From Flavobacteriales bacterium (GTDB lineage Bacteria; Bacteroidota; Bacteroidia; M30B66), in the NCBI GenBank assembly GCA_046294625.1, contig JBKBKN010000001.1, positions 151,686-215,685 of the forward strand: a DNA stretch of 64,000 nucleotides, written 5' to 3'. Below, one piece after another: positions 9,433 through 19,344 of the stretch (position 1 is its first letter; each line of letters begins with the position of its first letter). Below the pieces are notes generated by a model, which saw only the letters and a list, made by a program, of their open reading frames with translations, ran no database searches and was not told where the DNA came from. Both the position numbers and the translations under genes were made by a program.

Positions 9433-12400
9433 TTAGTCAATCACATTAAGTTCGATGAAAAACGAAGTCCCGGTTTCGGGTGATGATTCGAACCAGACAT
9501 TCCCATCGCAGCCGGTAACTATGCTCTTCACAAGGGCAAGTCCTAGTCCAGTGCCGGAGCTTTTGGTGGTAAAGTTGGGCTGAAATATTTTTTCTCGGAT
9601 TTCTTCATTGATTCCATGTCCGTTATCGCGAATTTCGATAATTACTTTTTGCCCCTGTAGACTTAGATAAACATCCACTTGGCCATTTTCCTGATTTTCC
9701 GAAGCTTGAATCGCGTTTTTTATCAAGTTATTAAAAGCCCTTAGCAATTGTTCTTTATCTGCCATTACAAACACCTGGGCTGCCGGCAAGTGTTGAACCA
9801 CTGTCACATTGTTTTCTTGAGCAAAAAGATCGCAGGCGGTTTGCAGCAGCATTTTCAGTTCTACGTGCTCTCTACTCAGTTTGGGCATTTTTGCAAAGTT
9901 TGAAAATTCGGTCGCAATGGCGCTCAGGCTTTCAATTTGTTCAATCATGGTGCGAGTGAAACGCTCCAGACGTTCATCCCAATCAGGTGAACCATCGTCA
10001 TAAGCTCGTTTGAGATGTTGCAGGCTTAACTTCATGGGTGTGAGCGGGTTTTTGATTTCATGCGCCACTTGTTTCGCCATTTCGCGCCAGGCCGATTCCC
10101 TTTCAGAACGGGCGAGCATTTCGGCACTTTGCACCAGCTTATCCACCATTCTGTTATATTCGCTTACCAAATCTCCAATCTCGTCTTCGCCTTCCCATTC
10201 GATTTTTTCATTTCGGGTGGTAAGTTTCACAGCACCTAATTTTTCTCGAATTAATCGGAGTGGCTCTGTAACACTATTGGAGATAATGATGGCCGCAATC
10301 ACCACTATCACCAGCAGCAGCACATTGATATTAATGATTGCAACCAGAAATCCTGAAATTTCTTTACGCAATTCCGATTGTCTGGCGAAATAGGGCAAAT
10401 TCACATAACCAAGCGTTTCCCCTTCATTGTTTCGCAGGTTTACATAAGCAGAACGATAACGTAATTTTCCAATTTGTTCATCCTGTAGCAGCTCTGTAAA
10501 TGTTTTTAAAGTAAGCATGCGGTATGCTGCCGGATTCATGTTTTTAGACAAGAGTCCTTCTTCAAAAACCTTCTTGCGCGATGAAGCGAATAAGTTTCCG
10601 TTTCGGTCATAAATATTAATATCGCTGAAAAAAGTATTCGCTAAACGGGATAATCTGAAGCTGATATCGTCACTTAAATAAGGATTTAGTGATTGTTCTG
10701 TTCCATACCATTGCTCCAACTGACTGAGAACCGAATAAATTTTCTCGCTTAGGATACGGTCATTTTTTTGCTCGTTTTGTCCAATGATGAAATAGACTGT
10801 GGCAGAGCCGATTAGCAGCAATGCCGAAAGAATAAGAAGCATTACCGAAAACTGTACTTTTCTTTTAAATGTAAGCAAATAGCGCCATTCGGTGAGTTCC
10901 TTATTGGTGAGAACCGTGAAAAATAAACTTAGAACGGAGAAAATCAGAAAAAGATAAGAAAATGGGGTAAGATAGTCTAACAATCTATCATTGCGATAGC
11001 TGATAATGACTAGCGAATCTTTGTCAGCCCTGTATATCAGATGCCTGAAACCTTCCATTTCCACAAAGTAAAACTCACCCTCCGACGCTATCGTTTCCCT
11101 AAAAGCAGCATCGCTGGAAGGATAGATGAAGCTGCCAAAGTTTCTGGTTAGCCTCCCGTCCTTATATCGGGCATTGCTATAGTCTGATGGATCGAGGCTT
11201 GTGGTTGCAATTTTATCAAGAAGGAGTTCCGGGTATCCGATTTCTTCAGGCGTGTAACGCGAGTCAAAGCTAATATATATGATGCCCAGATTTTCTTCAT
11301 TTGTGTCATCTTTTTGACTAATCGGAATTCTCGCCAGGTAACTAATCTTTCCCGATGCATTATCAAGAAAGAAAAAGTTCTTTGATGTTGTAGGAATGGA
11401 AATGCTATCGATCAATCTTTCAAAGTATTCAGGATCGTTCACCTTGTTGGAATAAAGATTGGTCAACGGACATTCGTCCACACCAAAAGTGTTTACCTCA
11501 ATACTGTACTTATCCCAGTATCCATTAAAAAACAATTGGGCAAGGTCTCGACTTGGCATACTTCCGGCATTGGCCGGATCAAGATAACTTCGCAATAATT
11601 CATCATTTATAATACGCTCTTCTACATCCTGAAACAGAAATTCTGCTATCGGGTCTCTTTCTTCCGAAAGTTTGACCGCAAGAATTTTTTGGCGCTCTTC
11701 TCTTCGATGCTTTTCTGCATCTTTAACAATCCAGGTGCAGGCAATGGCATAAAGCACTACAAGTGAAGTTGTTTTAAGGGTATAATTCCTTTCCGGATGA
11801 AGATAGAGCAGAATAAAGCCTAACCAAAACGAGCAAAAGCCCCATAGCACCGGAAATATCAGGTTAAGTTTCAATATTATGCCAACAACAATAAATATAA
11901 TGCATGCGGAAACATAGAAAGCCAGAAGAAAAAGCTTGTTTGCCCTATTGGTGAATAAAAAGATAATCCTGCAAAGAAAGAAATGAGTGCCCAACAGCAG
12001 TGCTACCACAGCCAATGCAATCACGCTGAAATGATTGAAACTCAATATATCATTGAAATTGAGCGGAATGCTTGAGTTGATAATCAGGCTTTGAATAAGG
12101 TAATAAGAACCTGTAGCACTGGCTAGTATCAAAAAAGGACTGAAGAATCTGCTCGGGAGATTGATTCGTGCTATTTTGCTGATCGTTTCCGGCGACTTTA
12201 GTAAATATAAATAAGCCAGATAAATCAGATAAAACAGGAGTAAAGAATTAAGAAAAAAGTCACCAAGCGATGGAAGCCATGTTGAGGTGGCATAATCTTG
12301 CGGAGAGAAGAGACGCGATTGGTAAACCAAATCCGGAAACCGAAAAAAGATACCAATTTGACGAGCAAAAAACAGCAAGGCCGCTGATATCGCCCAATAA

Positions 12401-13101
12401 AGAAAAAACCTATTTGGGGGTCTGGTCAAAAGGAACTGGCCAATACCAATGAGCAGAAAACCAAAGGAAATTAAAAGTAATGCAACGGTTAGATTGTTAT
12501 AAAAATCACCAAAGTTTTCGACCAGCGACACATCAACATACAGCAGCAATTCTCCACTTTTTGTTTTTAATGGAATACCGTTTTGATGATTAAAATGCAA
12601 TCGATATGCACTGGGGAAATAATCAGATGGGGATGATATCAGATAATCATTTTCGTAGGGAAATTGATGGGCAAGTAATACTGCAGCGAATAAATAGTTT
12701 TTTTCATGTTCCTGCTTCAAAAGGTAGTACCATCCATTTTTGAGCAGAATGATGGACTCTTCATCAAAATCTTTCCATGCAGGGTCGAAAGTCACTTCAT
12801 TGCCTGACCAGTATTCCAGCATGCCCGAACGGTCTGCACCAAACAATTGAATCTGCTCATTTAACCAAAGCTGATCACATTGGTTTGATTCAAATGCGCT
12901 TTTCACCCCGATGTTCTTTAGGACTGAAAGATGCTTTTCGGCATTTTCCTTTACTACATCAAAAGAATTAAGGGTGTTTTTTTGGAGCGCATTGTAGCGG
13001 TATAAGTAGCCAAAGGAAGAATGTATTGCAATGGCAATCAACAGCAATACAAGTGCTATGATGAAGACCTTACTACCAGCTATATTGCTTCTGTTCCACA
13101 T
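9433..13101 (-). CDS. Large sensor histidine kinase of the 7TMR-DISM type. Periplasmic 7TMR-DISMED2-like domain, then a 7-TM block, then a coiled-coil/HAMP-like region, HisKA and HATPase_c.
   Basis: 1222 aa. Signal/TM N-terminus; a central run of 7 hydrophobic helices; H-box 'HEIKNPLTPMKLSLQHL'; N/G boxes 'LIKNAIQAS', 'DNGHGI' and 'GTGLGLALVKSIV'. Confidence 0.85.
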   Translation of the reverse strand: MWNRSNIAGSKVFIIALVLLLIAIAIHSSFGYLYRYNALQKNTLNSFDVVKENAEKHLSVLKNIGVKSAFESNQCDQLWLNEQIQLFGADRSGMLEYWSGNEVTFDPAWKDFDEESIILLKNGWYYLLKQEHEKNYLFAAVLLAHQFPYENDYLISSPSDYFPSAYRLHFNHQNGIPLKTKSGELLLYVDVSLVENFGDFYNNLTVALLLISFGFLLIGIGQFLLTRPPNRFFLYWAISAALLFFARQIGIFFRFPDLVYQSRLFSPQDYATSTWLPSLGDFFLNSLLLFYLIYLAYLYLLKSPETISKIARINLPSRFFSPFLILASATGSYYLIQSLIINSSIPLNFNDILSFNHFSVIALAVVALLLGTHFFLCRIIFLFTNRANKLFLLAFYVSACIIFIVVGIILKLNLIFPVLWGFCSFWLGFILLYLHPERNYTLKTTSLVVLYAIACTWIVKDAEKHRREERQKILAVKLSEERDPIAEFLFQDVEERIINDELLRSYLDPANAGSMPSRDLAQLFFNGYWDKYSIEVNTFGVDECPLTNLYSNKVNDPEYFERLIDSISIPTTSKNFFFLDNASGKISYLARIPISQKDDTNEENLGIIYISFDSRYTPEEIGYPELLLDKIATTSLDPSDYSNARYKDGRLTRNFGSFIYPSSDAAFRETIASEGEFYFVEMEGFRHLIYRADKDSLVIISYRNDRLLDYLTPFSYLFLIFSVLSLFFTVLTNKELTEWRYLLTFKRKVQFSVMLLILSALLLIGSATVYFIIGQNEQKNDRILSEKIYSVLSQLEQWYGTEQSLNPYLSDDISFRLSRLANTFFSDINIYDRNGNLFASSRKKVFEEGLLSKNMNPAAYRMLTLKTFTELLQDEQIGKLRYRSAYVNLRNNEGETLGYVNLPYFARQSELRKEISGFLVAIININVLLLVIVVIAAIIISNSVTEPLRLIREKLGAVKLTTRNEKIEWEGEDEIGDLVSEYNRMVDKLVQSAEMLARSERESAWREMAKQVAHEIKNPLTPMKLSLQHLKRAYDDGSPDWDERLERFTRTMIEQIESLSAIATEFSNFAKMPKLSREHVELKMLLQTACDLFAQENNVTVVQHLPAAQVFVMADKEQLLRAFNNLIKNAIQASENQENGQVDVYLSLQGQKVIIEIRDNGHGINEEIREKIFQPNFTTKSSGTGLGLALVKSIVTGCDGNVWFESSPETGTSFFIELNVID

Positions 13102-13176
13102 GAAGTTTCAAACCTACGTAAAAAACTTTCAGCTAAGTACATCCCATTAGTTGGAGAAGGGGGAGATTCTAAATGA

Positions 13177-13581
13177 TCAGTCGTTAAAAAATAAGACAAA
13201 AGCAACAAGCAGAGGTAAAACATCTCTTGCTCTGCCGATAAGTGTACCGCTTTGATCGCGCACATCTCCATTCTCCTGAATCCGACCTAGCAGCACCCCA
13301 CTTTGATTTCTGACTTCACCATTTCTGCCAATTCGCCCTTTGAGCGCGCCTCTAGCATCTCTGATATCGTCCCCTCTAACCCTAAGTAAAAGTCGTCCAC
13401 TTGCGTCGCGCAACTCACCGATATGACTGTAGCGATAGACTAAGCTTCCGCTTGCAGAGCGATATTCCGCACCATTCCAACGCCCGATCAGCGCCCCGGA
13501 AGCATTTCTAATCTCTTGTGCATCAGCATTGATACTTAGAGCTAAACAAAATGTCAATAATAGGTTTCGAACTAAAATCAT
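13177..13581 (-). CDS. Small secreted protein built from six 16-17-residue tandem repeats with consensus (E/D)(I/V)R(D/N)xSGxL(I/L)GRI, plus a C-terminal hydrophobic tail. Family not recognised.
   Basis: Signal peptide 'MILVRNLLLTFCLALSINADA'. Repeats: 'EIRNASGALIGRW', 'EYRSASGSLVYRY', 'ELRDASGRLLLRV', 'DIRDARGALKGRI', 'EVRNQSGVLLGRI', 'DVRDQSGTLIGRA'. The gene sits 75 nt upstream of the 7TMR-DISM kinase on the same strand. Confidence 0.6.
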   Translation of the reverse strand: MILVRNLLLTFCLALSINADAQEIRNASGALIGRWNGAEYRSASGSLVYRYSHIGELRDASGRLLLRVRGDDIRDARGALKGRIGRNGEVRNQSGVLLGRIQENGDVRDQSGTLIGRARDVLPLLVAFVLFFND

Positions 13582-13692
13582 ACCATCTGCAAATTAATGG
13601 ATAAGACCAAATGTCTTGCTTTTTTTAGGCTTTTTTAGGTCTTCTTGAAAACGATTCGGTGTGTATTAGACACAATGGATTAACTTAGCAGC

Positions 13693-15954
13693 ATGTTTCG
13701 TTTTTTATTTTTCGCAGTTGTTGTTATTCTCAGCGGAATGGCGTTTGCGCAGCAAGCCTTGCCCCCTTTCGGAAGTGCTTTTCGTCAGGATTTGGTCGCT
13801 ACTATTCGCATCACCATTCATCCTGATACACTTGCATTACTGCTGCATCCTGATAATTGGGGCAATGAACGAATGTTTCCTGCGCAGTTTCAGTATCAAG
13901 CAGGGCAGTCTAATCAAATCATTCAGCAAGTTGGATTTCGATTGAGAGGTAATACAAGCATGGCTGCGCAGAAGAAGCCATTTAAGGTGTCGTTTAATAC
14001 CTATGTGCCCGGTGCAAAGTGGAATGGACTCGAAAAACTTAATCTCAATGCACATCACAATGACCCTGCACATTTTCGGGCAAAGCTATGCTGGGATTTG
14101 ATTCGCGATGCCGGCTTGCCGGGTTCCAGAACCAGCTTTGTGCGCTTGTTCATCAATAATGAATATCGAGGTTTATATACCAATGTAGAGCATATCGACG
14201 AAGAGTTTGTAAAACGATATTTCGATGGCACTGGAAGGGGCAATTTGTATAAATGTTTATATCCTGCTCCGCTGCAATTTATCAGCAACAATCCTGATGC
14301 ATACAAATTTGTGGCGGGCAATCGAAGGGCTTATGAGCAAAAGATCAATGATTTTGCCGACGATTATCGTGATTTAGAAGAGTTTATCCGAATTTTGAAT
14401 CAAACTTCTGCTGATGACTTTGAGTGCGAACTTGAAAAGGTATTTAATGTTGATCGCTATTTGCGCTATCTGGCTTTAGATATTTTAACCGGCAATTGGG
14501 ATGGGTATAATTATAACCAAAACAATTTTTACCTTTACAAAAACCAACTCACCGGACAATTTGAGTACATCCCATACGATCTCGACAACACCTTCGGTAT
14601 AGATTGGTTCAATATCAACTGGACCTCCCGAAACATTTACAATTGGGCGCCATCTAACGCTGCAAGACCACTTTATGAGCGGATCATTGCTTCGCCCAAG
14701 TTCAGACAGCGCTTTTCCAATTACATGCATGAATATCTCTTGAGTGTTTTCACCATCGAGAATATCACACAGAAGATAGATCAGTATATGGCATTTATCA
14801 CACAGCCTATGCTTGAAGACACCTATCGCACGCTCGATTATGGATTTGACGATCAGGCTTATCTACAAAGTCCTACTGAGGCTTTTGGCTTGCATGTAAA
14901 AAGTGGGGTGATTCCATTTGCAATAGATCGCTTTATGGCAGCCGCTCAGCAACTCGATTTTTTCAACCCAACACCATCTATCGAGAAAATGTGGGTGATA
15001 CACGATTTGCCTGTGAGCATAGGCGCCAATGTGTTCACACAGATCAAATCTCAGTTCACACTGCCCAACCTGCAGGCTAGTGTTGACCGCGAAAATTGGG
15101 TTGATGTAGGCCAAATGCAAGACGATGGTATTGCCCCTGATCAATTAGCGGGCGATGGTATTTACTCCATTGCCTTGTCAAATAATTGGCAAGAATCGAC
15201 TCTTGATAAAGTATATCTGCGAATCCAGCTTGTAGAAAATAATCAGGAGGTATATCTGCCCTGCCAGGGGCAAACACTTCACCTTTCCAGAGCCAGTGAT
15301 GGCATTTTTATCAATGAACTGATGGCAGATAACATCAACTTTATTCAAGACGAACAGGGCCATTTTGATGACTGGATTGAAATCTGGAATGAAAATGACA
15401 TTGCCATCAATCTTAAAGACTATTATATTACTGATAATCCGCTGCGACCAGATAAATTTTTGCTCCCCGACACTTTGCTACCTGCTGGTGGTTTCTTCCT
15501 TCTTTGGGCCGATAATGATCCTTTTCATAAAAGAAACCATGCCAATTTTGCACTTGCCAAAGCAGGAGAGGAGCTTAGGCTTTACAAGAAGGAAGACCGT
15601 AGCTTGCGTTTGTCCGATCGCATTGTTTTTCCTGATCAAAACAGCAATCACTCTTATGGTAGACAAGTTGATGGATCGCCCACCTGGATCAATTTCACCA
15701 GCCCTACACCGAATGCATCGAATCAAACAACTATAGTTGCGGATGCGTATTTTCAGTCATTCGTGGTTTTTCCAAATCCTACTTCAGATAGACTTTATTT
15801 TAATCAATCTGCCAAGCTTGTTCAACTTAGAAATATGCAGGGACAAGTTTTACTAAAAGCTCAAAACATCGAAATGCTCGATTTGCAGGAACTGTCACTA
15901 GGGATTTATATTTTAGAAATCGACGGGAGCTATGTAAAGGTAGTAAAACAGTAA
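13693..15954 (+). CDS. CotH-family (atypical kinase-fold) secreted protein with a lamin-tail-like domain and a T9SS type-A C-terminal sorting domain
   Basis: CotH-like core 'LDILTGNWDGYNYNQNNFYLYKN...YIPYDLDNTFG'. LTD-like segment 'IFINELMADNINFIQDEQGHFDDWIEIWN'. C-terminus 'FPNPTSDRLYF...LGIYILEIDGSYVKVVKQ' matches Por/T9SS sorting domains. Confidence 0.75.
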   Translation: MFRFLFFAVVVILSGMAFAQQALPPFGSAFRQDLVATIRITIHPDTLALLLHPDNWGNERMFPAQFQYQAGQSNQIIQQVGFRLRGNTSMAAQKKPFKVSFNTYVPGAKWNGLEKLNLNAHHNDPAHFRAKLCWDLIRDAGLPGSRTSFVRLFINNEYRGLYTNVEHIDEEFVKRYFDGTGRGNLYKCLYPAPLQFISNNPDAYKFVAGNRRAYEQKINDFADDYRDLEEFIRILNQTSADDFECELEKVFNVDRYLRYLALDILTGNWDGYNYNQNNFYLYKNQLTGQFEYIPYDLDNTFGIDWFNINWTSRNIYNWAPSNAARPLYERIIASPKFRQRFSNYMHEYLLSVFTIENITQKIDQYMAFITQPMLEDTYRTLDYGFDDQAYLQSPTEAFGLHVKSGVIPFAIDRFMAAAQQLDFFNPTPSIEKMWVIHDLPVSIGANVFTQIKSQFTLPNLQASVDRENWVDVGQMQDDGIAPDQLAGDGIYSIALSNNWQESTLDKVYLRIQLVENNQEVYLPCQGQTLHLSRASDGIFINELMADNINFIQDEQGHFDDWIEIWNENDIAINLKDYYITDNPLRPDKFLLPDTLLPAGGFFLLWADNDPFHKRNHANFALAKAGEELRLYKKEDRSLRLSDRIVFPDQNSNHSYGRQVDGSPTWINFTSPTPNASNQTTIVADAYFQSFVVFPNPTSDRLYFNQSAKLVQLRNMQGQVLLKAQNIEMLDLQELSLGIYILEIDGSYVKVVKQ

Positions 15955-15965
15955 GTTAATGAACA

Positions 15966-15999
15966 GCAGGTACTGAACTTAGTCTAGCTCAGTACCTGC
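15966..15999. terminator. Perfect 11-bp inverted repeat (GCAGGTACTGA / TCAGTACCTGC, 12-nt loop) between the convergent CotH gene and the downstream minus-strand gene. Candidate bidirectional terminator.
   Basis: Seen directly: 15966-15976 pairs with 15989-15999, 12 nt after the CotH stop. A T-run lies about 25 nt further downstream on the plus strand. Confidence 0.45.
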
Positions 16000-16013
16000 C
16001 ATTCAATAGTGGT

Positions 16014-16481
16014 TTATCCGTTGATTTTTTTTGCCCAACGTTCTGCAAACTGAAGTTCGCCGCTTAGATGCAGATTTATCTTTTCATCATATAGCCTTAG
16101 CGATTTGTTTTTAGCATTATCTGCATAGAAGTCTAAATGCAGAAGCTCGGTGACCATTCCATTGTTTGACTTGCCTCCCAATGGTCTTGATTGCTTGTTC
16201 ACCTTACAGCGTCTGTATTGGTTTATGTCAATATGTTGTTGATCGTTTCCGGCTTTATTGTGTTTAACAAAGAACAGCTGATTTTTTTGCTCATCCAAGC
16301 CCATTGCAAAATCGCTTCCTGTTTCATATTCAGTGATGCTTGATTGGTGCTGTGAAGCATATTGCTGAAGTTCAGTGATGAGTTGACTTTCTTTTTTTAT
16401 CCTTGAGAAATGTGTCAGAAAAAAGGGGAGCAACAGGAATGATAGCACGAGAAGTCCTGTCAATATGATTGTTAAGTTCAT
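16014..16481 (-). CDS. Hypothetical membrane-anchored protein with a single N-terminal TM
   Basis: 155-aa ORF with N-terminal 'MNLTIILTGLLVLSFLLLPFFL'. No recognisable domain. Confidence 0.4.
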   Translation of the reverse strand: MNLTIILTGLLVLSFLLLPFFLTHFSRIKKESQLITELQQYASQHQSSITEYETGSDFAMGLDEQKNQLFFVKHNKAGNDQQHIDINQYRRCKVNKQSRPLGGKSNNGMVTELLHLDFYADNAKNKSLRLYDEKINLHLSGELQFAERWAKKING

Positions 16482-16563
16482 TGTTGATGATATTTTTGTT
16501 AGTAAGCTTTAATTTTTTGAAAACCATCTGTAGAAGAGATGGGCGGAAGTTGAAACGCTATAC

Positions 16564-16938
16564 TTACAAAAAGCTATGAAAGGGAAAGATGATATCCGTT
16601 TTGGATAGTGCAACAATGATTAATCGCACATCAGGAAGCAGAGCAGAATTTATAGTGAACTTAACCCATTCCAAACTCAATAAATCCGGCATTGATGACT
16701 GCTCAAATTTCTGAGAATTGTTATTTTTCTCCGTTCCTTTTTGAAAATGCCGATCAAATAAAGCGATTGCATAAAAATCATTTACATCGTAGTCGGTATC
16801 GATCGTGCTGGTTGTTGCAACAAAAACCTTTTCGACTTTCTTCTCTTGTGCTTCAAAAGAAACCCAAGTGGCAAATACATAAATCAGCAAGAATAGGATT
16901 GCTAAAACTCCTTTTTGTGCTGATTTAAGTTTTAACAT
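16564..16938 (-). CDS. Hypothetical secreted protein
   Basis: 124-aa ORF with signal-peptide-like 'VLAILFLLIYVFATWVSFEAQ'. Confidence 0.4.
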   Translation of the reverse strand: MLKLKSAQKGVLAILFLLIYVFATWVSFEAQEKKVEKVFVATTSTIDTDYDVNDFYAIALFDRHFQKGTEKNNNSQKFEQSSMPDLLSLEWVKFTINSALLPDVRLIIVALSKTDIIFPFHSFL

Positions 16939-17016
16939 GTAACGCTGTAATTGATTGAATGTGGATGAATTTACTTTGGCAAAATTCGCGCCAAAAAAAT
17001 CTATTAATGCAAATTG

Positions 17017-17904
17017 TCAACTGTGTTTTAAAAGATAGGCTTTCATTGTGTTGCTTAGCAAGCCGGCAATGGTCATTGCACCTACTCCACCGGGAACCGG
17101 GGTAATGAAGCTGCATTTTGGAGCCACTTGCTCAAAAAGTACATCGCCGGTGATTCGATAGCCTTTAGGCGAAGTTGAGTCATTGAGTCGGGTAATTCCA
17201 ACATCAATCACTACAGCTCCTTCTTTGACCATTTCTTGGGTCACAAATTCAGGTTTTCCAATAGCCGCGATTAGAATATCTGCTTGTTGCGTATGCTTGG
17301 CTAGATCCTTTGTTCTGGAATGGCAAACGGTCACAGTGGCATTGCCGGGTTTTGCATTTCTCATCATCAGCAAGGTCATCGGCATGCCCACAATATTGCT
17401 GCGACCAATGATTACACAATGTTTTCCGGCAGTTTCGATGCCATACGCTTCAAGCAAAAGGGTAATTCCAAGTGGGGTGGCAGCTACAAATCCATCTTCG
17501 CCCAAGGCAAGTTTGCCCATGTTTATCGGATGGAATCCGTCCACATCTTTTTCAGGTTTGATGAGTTCGGTCACCTTTTTCTCGTCGATGTGTTTAGGCA
17601 GTGGAAGTTGAACAATGATTCCGTCGATCGAATCATTTTCATTAATCTTTTGAACTTCACGAAGTAGTTGATCTTCTGGCACATCACTGGGCAATCTCAC
17701 GAGTGTAGATTGAAAACCAATTTGCTCACAGGATTTAATTTTAGAAGCAATATATGTTTCGCTCGCTCCGTCATTACCTACCAAAACTGCAGCTAAATGC
17801 GGTGCTCTTTTGTCGAATAGTATTAGAGCCTTGACTTTTTCGCGAAGCTTTTCTCGAATTTCGGCTGCCGTTTTTTTTACATCAAGTAAGGTGTAAGTGT
17901 TCAT
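17017..17904 (-). CDS. folD: Bifunctional methylenetetrahydrofolate dehydrogenase / methenyl-THF cyclohydrolase
   Basis: Conserved 'LAAVLVGNDGASETYIASKIKSCEQIGF' and 'GKHCVIIGRSNIVGMPM...PGGVGAMTIAGLL'. Confidence 0.95.
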   Translation of the reverse strand: MNTYTLLDVKKTAAEIREKLREKVKALILFDKRAPHLAAVLVGNDGASETYIASKIKSCEQIGFQSTLVRLPSDVPEDQLLREVQKINENDSIDGIIVQLPLPKHIDEKKVTELIKPEKDVDGFHPINMGKLALGEDGFVAATPLGITLLLEAYGIETAGKHCVIIGRSNIVGMPMTLLMMRNAKPGNATVTVCHSRTKDLAKHTQQADILIAAIGKPEFVTQEMVKEGAVVIDVGITRLNDSTSPKGYRITGDVLFEQVAPKCSFITPVPGGVGAMTIAGLLSNTMKAYLLKHS

Positions 17905-19235
17905 CGTCCTTGAGCTGGCATGTTGCGCATGAGACTTTTCATTGCGGTTGGATTATTCATCATCTTCATCATTTTACGCATATCGTCAAACTGCTTAATG
18001 AGTTTATTTACTTCCTGAATATTGGTTCCACTGCCATTGGCAATTCGCTTGCGGCGACTACCGTTCAACAGTGCCGGATTTTCTCTTTCCTGAGGCGTCA
18101 TAGACTGAATGATGGCTTCAATATTTTTGAAAGCATCATCTTCAATATCAACATTTTTCAGTGCTTTGCCCACACCGGGAATCATCCCTACCAGATCTTT
18201 CAGATTGCCCATTTTCTTGATTTGCTGCAATTGCTGATAGAAATCGTTGAAATCGAATTGATTTTTGGCTATTTTCTTTTGAAGTTTTCGAGCCTGTTCT
18301 TCATCGAAATTTTCCTGAGCCTTCTCCACAAGCGATACGATGTCGCCCATGCCAAGAATTCGGTCAGCCATACGTTCGGGATAGAACTGATCGATGGCTT
18401 CCATCTTCTCTCCCGTGCCCACAAACTTGATTGGCTTTTCTACCACAGTTCGTATGGTAAGCGCAGCACCACCACGGGTATCACCATCGAGTTTGGTGAG
18501 CACTACACCATCGTAATTAATTTTTTCGTGAAATGCTTTAGCCGTATTTACTGCATCCTGACCGGTCATTGAATCCACCACGAAAAGGGTTTCATTGGGC
18601 CTTATAGCTTCCTTTACACGATAGATTTCATCCATCATTTCCTCATCAATAGCAAGACGACCGGCTGTATCGACTATTACCGTTTGTATTCCTTTTGATT
18701 TAGCATGTACAATGGCAGCACGAGCAATATCCACCGGATTTTTGTTCACCTCGTCAGCATAAACTTCTACGCCAATTTGTTCGCCCAATACCTTCAATTG
18801 GTTGATCGCTGCCGGACGGTAAACGTCGCAAGCCACAAGCATGACCTTACGGGTTCTTTTCTTTTGTATATAATTGGCCAGTTTCCCGGAAAAGGTGGTT
18901 TTACCTGAACCCTGAAGACCTGCAATTAGAATCACATTGGGAGATCCATCAAGGTTGATTTCTGATTTGCTGCCACCCATGAGTTCTTTCAGCTCATCAT
19001 GGGTGATTTTGATCAAAAGCTGTCCGGGCGAAACAGCTGTTAGCACTTTAGCGCCTAAGGCCTTTTCTTTCACTTTGTCAGTGAAGGTTTTCGCCACTTT
19101 GTAGTTCACGTCAGCATCGAGCAAGGCACGGCGAATTTCTTTTACCGTTTCTGCTACGTTAATTTCGGTGATTTTGCCTTGTCCTTTCAGCGTCTTAAAC
19201 GCCCGATCAAATTTCTCACTAAGATTTTCAAACAT
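17901..19235 (-). CDS. ffh: Signal recognition particle protein Ffh
   Basis: N/G domains 'VILIAGLQGSGKTTFSGKLA', 'DVYRPAA', 'IVDTAGRL', and a Met-rich M domain at the C-terminus. Overlaps folD by 4 nt. Confidence 0.95.
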   Translation of the reverse strand: MFENLSEKFDRAFKTLKGQGKITEINVAETVKEIRRALLDADVNYKVAKTFTDKVKEKALGAKVLTAVSPGQLLIKITHDELKELMGGSKSEINLDGSPNVILIAGLQGSGKTTFSGKLANYIQKKRTRKVMLVACDVYRPAAINQLKVLGEQIGVEVYADEVNKNPVDIARAAIVHAKSKGIQTVIVDTAGRLAIDEEMMDEIYRVKEAIRPNETLFVVDSMTGQDAVNTAKAFHEKINYDGVVLTKLDGDTRGGAALTIRTVVEKPIKFVGTGEKMEAIDQFYPERMADRILGMGDIVSLVEKAQENFDEEQARKLQKKIAKNQFDFNDFYQQLQQIKKMGNLKDLVGMIPGVGKALKNVDIEDDAFKNIEAIIQSMTPQERENPALLNGSRRKRIANGSGTNIQEVNKLIKQFDDMRKMMKMMNNPTAMKSLMRNMPAQGR

Positions 19236-19344
19236 CGTAGGTATGTGTCATTGATGAGTGCAAAAATAGCAATTTAGCTCGACAATCTTTTTGTTTAATA
19301 TTGCACAAAGTATGCATCGTTTTTTTGTGCTAAAAAATACAATC

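Noticed and set aside
9455-9490. A 'GGTTTCGGGTGATGATTCGAACC' string resembling a tRNA T-arm.
   Set aside because: It lies inside the histidine kinase coding sequence with no acceptor or anticodon arms around it. No tRNA genes were found in the window.
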